Source: Vicugna vicugna
Lineage: Eukaryota
NCBI GenBank assembly: GCA_013265495.1
Contig: MU059176.1
Coordinates: 3,283,720 to 3,347,719 of the forward strand
DNA length: 64,000 bases
Direction of reading: 5' to 3'
The translations under genes and the position numbers were made by a program. How positions within the stretch are numbered: the stretch's first letter is position 1; every line of letters begins with the position of its first letter. Of the stretch, positions 25,145 through 35,825 are shown piece after piece. Under the pieces are notes generated by a model. It saw only the letters and a program-made list of their open reading frames with translations, did no database searches and had not been told where the DNA came from.

Positions 25145-27615
25145 AACACAGCAAGCCGGGCCAGCGCGGCGTCCTCGCCAAGGGGCTAATCCCAGGAACC
25201 TCCAAGGTGGTGTGTTCAGGGCAGAGCAAAGAGGCAGCAGGGTGGGCGGGGGAGGGGCAGGCAGACAAGGGGATGACCACAGAAGGACACGGGGCCCATC
25301 TGCAAGCAAACACAGGAGGAGGCTGAGGTCAGAGGGGACGGGACCCGTCTGCGGAGGGCCGCAGGGGCAGACAGCACCACCACGGAGATCACGGAGACAC
25401 AGGCAATTACAGACACCCCGGCTCACGCTGGAGAGGTAGGCACAGGACAAGGCACAGGGCAAGGGGACAGGGCCATGAGGTCCGGTGATGGATGTGCCTG
25501 GACAGCAGACGCCCTGTCTCAAGGGCGTGACAGTGTGTCAAACACTCATGCAAGATTAAGAACAAGACATACGGAGGAGCAAATACATACGCACAACAAA
25601 GGATTGAATCGAACAGACACAGAAAAACCAGGGGGTCGATATGGGCAGCGCTGGTTGCCTGCTTGTCTATGGAGGACTGGAGTGAGACATTCAAGTGCTC
25701 AAGGAGGGGCTGCAGAAAGGGGCCCGCCGTTTTGGGAGCGTGCAGAGAGACAGACGGCCGGGCCAGGCCGGGAGCGCCTAGATGCTCCCGTGCAGAAGCA
25801 TGTGAGGTTAGCTGGTTCCCGTTTCTTTGCTCAGTGGGAGATGTGGGGAGACACTCGCCCCCGGGGGAGCCCCGGGAGCAGTGAGCAAAGGCAGATGAAA
25901 GGTTCTCTGGGCCAGCAGGGAACAACGGCCCAGGAGCTGGGTCTGGAAAAGGATTTCTAAGGAGAGGGGAGGGAAAGGGGAGGGTGAAGGGAGGTACGTT
26001 AGAGTATTTCCAAGCAGGGACCTTCACATGCAGCAGACACTAAAAGATAAAAAAAAAAAAGAAAGGATGAGCCAGGTGGACAAAGACAAGATGTGTTAGA
26101 CGAGGCTGGGTGTGTGTCTGGCCGGCAGCTGTTTGCGCTGGTCTGGGGCCGGCAGAGGCGGCCCCCTGCAGACACAAACACTGTGGGAGACCCCAGCAGA
26201 CGAGACAGGAAGGGGGCCGGTGGGCCGGGAGAGCCCCCAGGAGGACAGCGGAGACAGGGAGAGAGGCGAGAGAGGAGGTTCTAGATGGGATCAGGCTGCA
26301 ATAGAGACACCGGTCTGAGACCAGGTTTTGCTTTCAATTTATTTTTGGTTGTTTGGTTTGGTTTGGCTTTTGGCTCTGAAAATAATTAATGAACGTCAGT
26401 TATCAGACAAGACAGGCAATCAGGGACCATCACCAGAAAAGCAGGAAGAATGAGATAAAATGAAACCAAAAACGGCTGTCTGAGAGGAGAGACCACACAG
26501 AGGAAGGGAGAACCACGCAGGCAGCAGCCCCTGGGAGACAGTCGGGACTAGGACGGGACCCCTTCGGCCCGACTCCCTGGGGGACAAGGCAGCAGAGTCA
26601 CGGGGGACAGAATGCGACAGCAGACTCTGGGCTTCATGGCTTCGCTTGCTTACCAACCCCTTTTCTGCTACTTGAAAATCCCTCAAGAAGTATCTTCTGA
26701 GTCAATAATAAAATGGGGACTTTTTTTGGAAAAAAAAAAAAAAGAGAACATGGTAACCATCCTGCTGTGGGTTTCTAAAGTTTGCTACCGTTGAAGAGAA
26801 AGAAGAGGTTGAACTCTGGCACCAACTCTGAAATTCCTCTTCTTCTCAGTTAAAAAAATTTGCTGTTATTTTTGAGTCGGGAAAGAACTTACTAGTGATT
26901 ATGACGTGAGATAATCACAAATATTCAAGCTTCCCCTTGGAAGTAAGGACCAGGAGGAAGGAGGAGACCAGGCCTCAGGTCAAGACGCCCCGTAACAGGT
27001 GAGGCCACGGGCTGAGAAAAGGGGCTCTGGGAGGGAGAGGAGGTCCGGCAAGAGGCCCCGATGGCCTGGGGTTTGAAAGCAGCTAAAAACACCTGGAGTC
27101 ACCCTGGGGCTCACAGCAGCTGCCTCCCCTGGCGTCCCAGACCACGAAGAATTAAAGCAGTTTTCTGAGGACACCTCTCAGGTTTCCAGACAGCTATGGG
27201 CAGCTCGCACCATGAAAGGGGCTGTTATGCAGGTTAAGTGAGTCTTCGGTGAGTCTCCCTATTGGGGGAGGAAACTTCTGGGCTTCAGGAGCAGAAGCTG
27301 CCCTCCAAAGGTGCATATACCTTCCTCCTCCCCGCAGGCCGCCTGCTGGGGACCACCCCCATATCGAGGACGAGGACCCTCAGAAAACCGGCTGCGACAC
27401 AAAGCAGAGGCGCTTGGTCCTGGGTGGCTCAACCACCCTGGATAAGTGTCCACAGAGAGCTCCCGCGGGGGCACCTGCCAGCCCCACCAGTACCGTGGGT
27501 GCTGCTTTTCCTGTTTCCCCTAAGCTTCCTCCTTGGAAGCCAGGATGCGGTGGGCTGCTGGCCACCTTGGGGCCACGCAGGCTCCCCGTGGGGCAGGGTG
27601 GCGCAGGGTACTTAC

Positions 27616-27732
27616 CGATGCAAGTCCGACCGTCTGAGTGGAGGGCGTACTTCTGGTGGCAGCCGCACATGGGGCCTGTGTCCGTGTCCTCACAGCTGTG
27701 CTGGCAGCCTCCGTTTCCATAGTTACAGGTTA
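27616..27732 (-). CDS. SCUBE1: SCUBE1 exon 6, EGF-like domain 5 (117 nt)
   Basis: aactag|TA ACC TGT AAC TAT...TGC ATC G|gtaagt; encodes (L)[38 protein letters not shown](E). Only the 3' part appears in the ORF track. Confidence 0.95.
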
Positions 27733-30700
27733 CTAGTTAGGCCCAAAGTGTACATATGTGCGTATAAACAGAACGACAACAAAAGCGGTTAGTCTATTGC
27801 CGTTGGTTGGTTCTCTTAAAGGATGGGGGAGGAAAGCAAGGGCAGGAGATGGTCAGTGCAGAGGCACACGTCTCCCTGGACATCAGCCCCTCCGGGTCTT
27901 GGATGGAACAGCTCAGTCCCTAGAGGCGAACTGGGGTGGGGCAGAGCATGGATTTGGGGTCATCTGTGCTTCAAACGGTGCTGACACACAGCTGAGGCAC
28001 ACAGATGCTGTTAAAGAAAGGGATACGCTAGATAATTTTATCCTTCCTAGGTTGCAAAAGACACTTTAAAATAGACTGTTTCAATGAGGCAAATGTCTGT
28101 TAACACCAGGCATACTCTTCAAGGCGGTGGGGAGGGTGGCACTTGTTTCCTCAGCTCCTGCAGCGCTGTCTTTCCTCGACCTGTGTCTTGGGGCACGTGG
28201 AAGGACGTCCCCACAGGTATCCACTCTCTCCAAGTTCAGCAGCCATCTCAATCCCTGTCCACTCTAAGCCCTAATCCTCCCAAGGAAATGTCCAAATAGA
28301 CAGAACATATGCAAATTAGTGTCATCTCAGATGCAGTTTTGAAAATGACCTTTTATTTAAACACGTTACACAGTGTGCAATGCCTATGGCCTGGAGGAGC
28401 TGGTGCCCTTCCGCCCAGAATCTTAAAATGTTTCAAAGCGTCAGCCACCTGGGTTGCTGAAAAGCAGGCTGAGCAAACAGGAACAGTCTGAAGTAGAAAA
28501 AATGATAAACTCAAGTTTATTTGAAAGAAAACACACTGATCTCTCTTGCTGGGGTGAGGGCTATCCACCGCTAAAGGAGATCCAAGATCTCCATGGGAGG
28601 GCTCGCTGCCTGCTTTATTCTGCTAGAAGATGACAGGGTGCCCATTGTCTGTATACACGTCGGACACCAGGGCCTCGAGGACAGGGTGTCTTCCTGGAGA
28701 CCTTAACCATTTGTCCAGAATCCTATCCATACTCTGAATTTATCTGGCAAAACCCTACTGATGATCAATGATGCAAAAATAAATCTCAGACCAACTATGG
28801 TCAGAGGGACAGAAAATCCCAAATGGGCAGAGTCTGAATTAGTGACCTTCTATCAGGCTGACCCATGAGCAGGGCTGGTGCCAGAGGGAAATCACTTGGT
28901 GGCAACTCCCCAGTGAAGGATTCCAAGCAATTCAGAACTGAGTTCTGCAGCTCCCTTTTCCAGGGACTCCTTTTACCAAGAGCACAGCACGGCGGCTCCG
29001 GGGGCTTCCATCCTGAGTGGTGCTGCCCTGTCAACCTGGACACACGTGGTCTCCCTGCCGGGTGAGGAGGATGGAGGAGAACAGTCCCAGACACTGTCCT
29101 CAGCGACCAGAGGCTCAAGTGAGCTGCCTTCTCCACAGGGAGCTAATGACCATCCGAAGGAGAGACCCAGCTTCCCAGGTGGCGTTTCAAGGACATGCAA
29201 AATGCTTCAGGACACACAGCTGCGGCTTTAACACCAAGCCCTCTGGCCCCTTCTCCACGGAGCATCTTCTCTCAGCATTCCCGGCTGCCTGGAAGCCTGG
29301 AGTCACGTTCTCTCATCTCTCTGCACAGGAAGAGCCTCAGGGAAGCCAAGGTTCCTGGGGCTACCACTTAGCACCGCTCTCCCGGGAGGGGAGAGACCCA
29401 GCCAGAGCCCCTCCTTGGGCTGGACATGGCTGAGAAGAGCCGCACTTCAGAATGGGCAGGGGTGGGCCAGTGAAGAGACAGTTCTTTCCAAGCTCTGGGC
29501 TCCAGGAGATGGACCGCATCCTGCAAGTGACTCTAAGGAGGACACAAGCCTGTCAGAAGCAACTGGAGGAAGGGCCACTTCCTCTTGCTCCGTCTACACA
29601 GGCAATCGTGCATCCCACAGACCACAGGGGCTGACCTGTGGGCACCTGGAGAGCCTACAACTTGTACATGGAAATAAGTGCTAGAGCCCTGAGCTCTGGG
29701 AAGACCCAGAGAAGGATGGAGAAAACCTCCCTGGCCCTGGAGTGTGTCCCAGGCTCTGGGGGATGGAAGTTTGGGAAGAGTCCCTGTGGTCCCGCTCGCT
29801 CATGGTGGCTGGCTAGGTCACGCCTCAGCCCCCCATCCAACTCCAGATCTAGGATTTCCTGGGCCCCAAGTACCTCAAGGGCTAGAGGGAAAGCTCAGAG
29901 CTAAGTTTATGCTAATCCTGGCACATAAACCACACAGAAGAAACCAAAGCTGGCTGGGTGGACAGCCATAGGCACAGTCCCTCTGCAGGACTGCTGCAGG
30001 GCTTGGCTGCAGGATGGTCCCAGACTCCCTGTACACCTTGGCAACACCCAGCCACCGAGCAGAGAGGGCGGGGCTGCTACTTCCCTCACAGCTAAAGCTC
30101 TGGGCCGGCTTGGCTCTCCTCTGTCTGGTTGGGTAGGGGCAGTCCGCTCGCGGAGCTCTGCCTTGTCCCTGACCCCTCAGACCAGGCTGGCCCCTCAGGA
30201 GTTGCTCTCTAAGCAGACTGTCCCCTTGCAACACTCATCGCGGATGGAGTTAGAGAATGAGGAAGCGAGTCAGCCAGTCCCAGCCACTTCCCGAGGCTTG
30301 TAGCTCCCTGCGCAGGCCCGGGCTCAGGGCCGGCCCCAGCTGGGCATCAGCTAGGCTTACTGACTGAAGGAAAGTGCCCCCCTCCCGGCTGAGCCTGTCA
30401 ACAAGCCTGCCCGCTCCACACGTGCTGGTCCTTGGCCCTTGTCCTGAGGAAGCTCAGACTGCCCGACAGGGAGGACTGGGAAAGCTGGAGCCACTCATCT
30501 TCTGTTCCGAAGGTTGCCCAGTGATAGGAGGTTTCTCTGCAGCTGAAGGAATCCATCTGGTGGAGAGGACGGGGGGCCCGGCCGGAGTCTCAGGGCTGAA
30601 GCGGTCATTCCCCAGTCAGCACGTGGGTCCCCAAGACCTTGCGGACTGTCGGAGGAGAGCCTGAGTTGGGAAAGGCGTGGCAGGTGCCCAGGGGAACTGA

Positions 30701-31798
30701 GGACAACTGACAGAACCTCAGTGCCTCAGGATGATGGGCCGGCGAGGGCCAGCTGTCTTCTCCACAGAATGAAGGCCGGAAGAAAGGCCATCTCCTTAGG
30801 GGAGCTGGTCAGCCTCAGTCTCCCAGCTCAGTGGCGAGGTTGGTACCACTCTCTCTGTTGGGAGTTGGAGTCAGACTCCACCACATCATTGTTCTGCAGC
30901 AGAAAGCGGGCCTGGTATGAAGTGCTTGTCTCTGGCAGAGATGGGCAGTGCTCACACCAGCCTCCCTCAGCTCTTCTCAGATACAGGGTGAACATTACAT
31001 CAATCCAGGCATCTGGCTACCCAGTGAGCAGAGGCACATCCTACCATGCCCCGTGCAGTGCTGGTAGGCACTGGGTCCGAAGCTTCCGAGGACTAGCGGA
31101 GTGTGTTCTGCCCCATCCTACTTCATTTGCTGCCTCCCACTCCTGCTGGGGAGCTGGGTGACTACATTAAGGGGCTGGATTACACGAGTCTTGCAGGTTG
31201 ACTTCCAAGCTGGTCCTGAAATGGTACCTTTGGCCAGAGGCGTCATTCCATCCAAATCTCTCAGCGTATCATTCATAGTGGGCCTTGCAGGGCTATACTC
31301 TGAGCTCTGATCTTTGATTCTGGAAATAAGCTCAGCACAGCCTGCGCTGGGACCTCCCAGAACCAAGCTCCTTGCCTTCTTTATCCCACCCTGCTGCCCA
31401 GGGCTGCCCTGGCCCACTGAGAGCCCAGAGCCCCTCCACTCCTGTTGGAGAGCTTGAGCTCAGGAACAGTGGGTCTCCGGGGCCAGTGGTGGCAGGGGAG
31501 GGTTTCAAGAAGCACTAGTGGGGAGACCATACAGGGCCCTCCATAAGATCCAGCCCAGCTCTGGGGCTGTGTCTGCAGTGTTGTGCCAGGTGGGGAAACC
31601 CAAGCCTGGGGCTTACGGCCCCGACCCTCAGGCCTCCCCAGGCCCCTTCAGAGGCCCTGCCCTTCTCTCCACCCCGAGGGACTGAGCACCCTCCCTGGGC
31701 AACGTCCAACAGACTGGACAGAACCCTGCCCTCCCCTCCCCAAAGCAATGGCAGGAGACGCGTGGGGATGTCTGACCCATTTGCCTCCATCTACCTAC

Positions 31799-31924
31799 GT
31801 GTGCAGTCCTTCTGGTTTTGGGCAAGGTCAAAGCCGGGCCTGCAGTCACAGGCCACCCCACCTTTGGGTGTCTCCCGGCAGATGTGGGCACAGCCATGGT
31901 CTTTGTTCATGCAGTTCATACCCT
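31799..31924 (-). CDS. SCUBE1: SCUBE1 exon 5, EGF-like domain 4 (126 nt)
   Basis: ttcccag|AG GGT ATG...TGC ACA C|gtaggt; encodes (E)[41 protein letters not shown](L). Confidence 0.96.
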
Positions 31925-32871
31925 CTGGGAAGAGACAGACAAGAGAGGGGTTGGGGACCGGGAAGAGAGAAAATTTCAGGCTTAAAAGAGATAAGCAGGG
32001 AAATGTCACAATCAAACGTAGCGTTCTCGGGCTGCCGTTAGCTGGTGCACGGCTTACACACATGGGCGTGTGCCTGTCCATCCCGGAGGAGATCCCTTAG
32101 GGAGAAACCAAGGATGCACTGTCCAGGTCTAGAGCCAGGCCTTGTTCTGAGGGACCCATGGAGGAGACGCTCCGGACCCCAGTCAGAATACAGGGCACGG
32201 GCTACGGAAGGGCCTTTCAGGGCAGGGCTCTAGACGCCCTGCTGGAGCAGGCGTGGGTGGCATTTTAAGCGATGGCATGTGCAGCACTTTTCAGTTTGTA
32301 CAGGGATGCCACAAGACCCCGTGAGACAGGCGGAGGCTTTTGTTTCGGGCTGGGCTCAGAGAGCAGTGCTGGCAGGTCAGGGGGCTGGGTGGGTGGGCAG
32401 ACACGTCCTGGCCGGCCTCCAGTGTTGCACCCACACCCGGAGGCCCCGGTGGCCTGCTTAACCACCACTCACTGCATTCCTGCACGAGTCAGACGCCTGG
32501 TCCACTGGACCTCAGGGCAGCAGATGCTCATCCTCACCAGCCCCACGGCTGTGCCCTGAACTAAACACCACCTCCACACACCACCCCCTAACTGCCAGAG
32601 GGGTCACTGCAGTGCTCCCTGGGACCCACAGAACCCCCAGCCCCAGTGCAGAGCCCTGCACGCCCGGGCGCCGGCCCAGCTCCATCGGCGCCCTGAGCGA
32701 GCGTTCCTCTGCCCTCCGAGCCTGCTCCGGGTCCAGGCCACACACGTTACTGTGTTCCGAACCTTAGCCCGAAATTTCTTTTGGTTGGCAGATGCTACTT
32801 TTTAAAGCAAAAATGTTTGCAAACCTCAGGCACGTTTTCCTCTGAGGCCTCAACTTAAAAGGACAGTCAGT

Positions 32872-33006
32872 GGGGGTGGGTATAGCCCTAGTGGTAGAGC
32901 CTGTGCTTATTAGCATGCATGAGGTCCTGGGTTCAATCCCCAGTACCTCCATTAGGGAAAAAAAGTGGTAAAAAAAATAATAAAGTAAACTTAAAAAAAA
33001 AAAAAG
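32872..33006 (+). mobile_element. Camelid tRNA-derived SINE (Vic-1-like) with target-site duplication
   Basis: GGGGGTGGGTATAGCCCTAGTGGTAGAG (A box) ... GGTTCAATCCC (B box) CAGTACCTCCATT, then an A-rich tail. 15-bp TSD AAAGGACAGTCAGTG (32858-32872) / AAAGGGCAGTCAGTG (33007-33021) with one mismatch, at a TT|AAAA L1-endonuclease site. Family name from recall. Confidence 0.85.
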
Positions 33007-33455
33007 AAAGGGCAGTCAGTGACTGACTTCCCTGCTGGCTGGGAAACTTCAGAAATGGGAGACTGCCACAGAGGGCAGGGATGGGCCACCTGCTGCCTGC
33101 TCCAGTGCCCCTACCCTCCAGTTGCAGCGGGCTTTTTTTATCTGGAGCCTCGTCCACATTGGCCCAGCCAGGCAGGCCCTTCCAGATCGTCTTCCTGGCC
33201 ACACCCTGCCCAGTCAGTGCGGGGCCAAGAATTTCGCCAAAATTTACCCTGAGGGTACAGGTGTGACGGGGGTGGGTGGGGGACCCTGGGGTGGGCAACA
33301 TTTGACCCCTCACCCTTAGTTCCTGGGATATCTCCTCATCCCAGAAGACTTGATCTCCCATCCCTGATTGCCTGGAGCTGCTTGGAACCCCCTTCAGTTG
33401 ACCCCAGTTGATGTTTATCTTCCTGGTGATTTGTGAGGAGTTTCCAGAATTTATG

Positions 33456-33487
33456 AGGTCATGGGTCAAGTGAGAGGTTATAGGTCA
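33456..33487 (+). promoter_or_regulatory. Tandem pair of DR1 nuclear-receptor elements
   Basis: AGGTCA-T-GGGTCA agtgag AGGTTA-T-AGGTCA. Confidence 0.4.
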
Positions 33488-35734
33488 CAAGTCCATCAAG
33501 AGGCTAAATGCAGATGAAAGAGGAGCTGCTGTCCACCCACACGGCCCTGAGACCTCCTTCCCCAGGTGACTCACTGGCCTCCTGTTCAAGGTGAGGACTA
33601 GTTCAACCCTGACCCCGGCCACTTTAAGCACGGCCATGGGGCAACTGAGAAGTGACAGACATTTAACAATGCAAACCCCCTGGCAACTACAATAAAGATG
33701 AGGAAAAAAGTCTCAAGTTGAGTAAAACAAACAAAAAAATCGGAATGAATGAAGCATGCATTTTGCTCAGCACACTGACCTCTGGTTTCACCTGATTTTA
33801 CTACTCTTATCATTCTTTCACCTTGATTTTCTCACATATGCAAATCAAACTGTCAGACTGAGGCAGACTAAGACCAGCTAACCAACAGCTGAATAAGTGA
33901 AGCACTTCAACGTCATGGCTCCTCACGGGAAGCTACAGGTTCACATGGAGAGACCAATCCTGTCCTCTTACTAAATTCCAAAATAGCACGTACACATGAC
34001 TGGCAGATGTTGTGGGGGAAAGACAGTGGTGTGCTGATCAATGTTTAACAGCTGGTGGGGGTGGGGATTGAGGCTTGGGTCGGGGGCTGATCTGCAGCAT
34101 TTGCCAGTTTCTGTGGTGTACATGCTCCGACCAAGGCTGACTCCAGAGAGACGTCACTGAAGGTGGAGCTGGGGAGAATGCGCACAGTGGGCTCTCGCGG
34201 GCCTTTGGCTTTTTTAAGGTCATTATGAAGTCAGGCTGATGAGGGTCCGAGCCTGGCCTCCTTGCTAGCCGCGTGCCTTGGAGAAAACTGCTTCACTTCT
34301 TGAGCCTCATCTGTACATGACAGGAGAAGGCCAGGTATGCTAGGTACTCAAAAACTGAGACCAGGTCTTCTATGGGGGCGCTGACTTCTCCTGCAGATCT
34401 GGAGAAAAGGTAGCTCCTCATGGGGGCCCTGGCTAGGCCAGGCAGCCTCTCCTCAGAGGAGGCCTTCAGGAGAGGGACTCTCTCAGGCCACTGAGACATA
34501 CTCAGGGATTCATCCGGTCATCTGTGACTCCTGCCCTGGTGAGAGTCTGGCCAGTACGTGGTTGCCACCAAGTGGCCTTCCTGACCATCATCAGTGGCTG
34601 TCATCCCTGGTGGGCTGGGCCCAAGGTCAACCCTCGCTCTCTGCTCATATGGTTTTTGTGGCTCCTTGGTACCGACAAGCACACAAGGCAATGGCGTTCC
34701 AGCTTCTTCCCAGCTTCGTCTCCCACCACCTCCCACATGTAGACACTGCCTGCTGACCACCCCCCAGAAGTGCCCATCCACGCCCTTGCCTCTCCTGTCT
34801 TCCATAAACAAAATCCTGGGCCTGCCTCAAACCCCACCAGTTTCATACGGCTTCCTGACTCCTGGTCACACTCCTCATGTCCCTTCTATGCCCCCACCCG
34901 ACGTTAATTTCCCGGAGCTGTCCCGAGGCTGGCACAGGAGCTCAGCGCCAATCAGGCAGGTCTGTGCTTTCTTCCGAACCTGAGAAGACCCCACGGGCCC
35001 CCGTTTCAGCTCAGGCTTATACGTGATGAAGAAAGGGAGATAGAATCTCCATTCACAGCCGAAGAATCACAGTTTAGGGGAAGCCCTGTCAGTCGTCATC
35101 AACCGTAAGTTTGCCACTGGAGAGCCGATGTGGCCCTGAGCTTCGCACACTAGATAGAGCATTAAGCTTTCGGAATTCCCAAGCTTCCTCCCGCGCCGTG
35201 GCCTTGCCGTCAGGCGGTCTTTCTTTTCGATTAGCTAGACGTTAATAACGAGCCAAGATGTCGTCATTGTTTTGCTGGCAGAGGGCAATCTGGGGGAGTG
35301 CTCTAGCATTCTAGTCCAGGGTTGATGTGGCACTGAGCAATGAAACCCCGGAGCTGGGAAGGTGGGCCCCAGTCCCCAGCTGTGATCAGCCAGTCTCAAA
35401 GGTACCTACGCAGTCCTCGCAGCAACTGTGGGAGAGCAGGGCCAGGCCCTCCATCCTCCACCTAAAGACGAGCCCAGGTCACGTGACTTCCCCTCCTCCC
35501 TCAGGATTCCACGCAGGCTCTGAAGCTCCCGGCTCCTTGCCCAGCTGCCCCAGAGCCTCCTCTTCCCCTCCAGCTGAGGGCGGGGCGGGGCTGGGTCACT
35601 AGCGGAGCGGGATTCGGGATCCCCTTGCATTTCCGACAGTTCCTGAGGAGCCGAAGGGCTTGTACTTACGTGCTTGTGTGTCACAGCTGTTAGGGATTAC
35701 CATACTAGACACTAGCTGGGGAGACTTATACTTA

Positions 35735-35825
35735 CTAACTTATTTAAAAACGGAAATTAAAAATTTATTACATGTTAACATTAATACATTTTTTTGGTTA
35801 AAAAACGATATTTTCCAAAACAAAG
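35735..35825. mobile_element. hAT-Tip100-like (Arthur1-type) DNA transposon fragment
   Basis: AT-rich AAAAATTTATTACATGTTAACATTAATACATTTTTTTGGTTAAAAAACGATATTTTCCAAAACAAA resembles a recalled consensus. Confidence 0.45.

Noticed and set aside
24491-25522. 343-aa and neighbouring ORFs spanning the gap
   Set aside because: Their length comes from the run of N and the CA/TG low complexity.
26287-26310. GATCAGGCTGCAATAGAG, resembling the start of the 90-nt cassette exon (DEAAIE)
   Set aside because: It is on the wrong strand for SCUBE1 and the similarity does not extend.
32872-32950. tRNA gene
   Set aside because: It has A/B boxes but also an A-rich tail and TSDs, so it is a tRNA-derived SINE.
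35164-35186. Vector polylinker contamination (HindIII-EcoRI-HindIII)
   Set aside because: The flanks show no vector features and no further sites; kept only as a quasi-palindrome.
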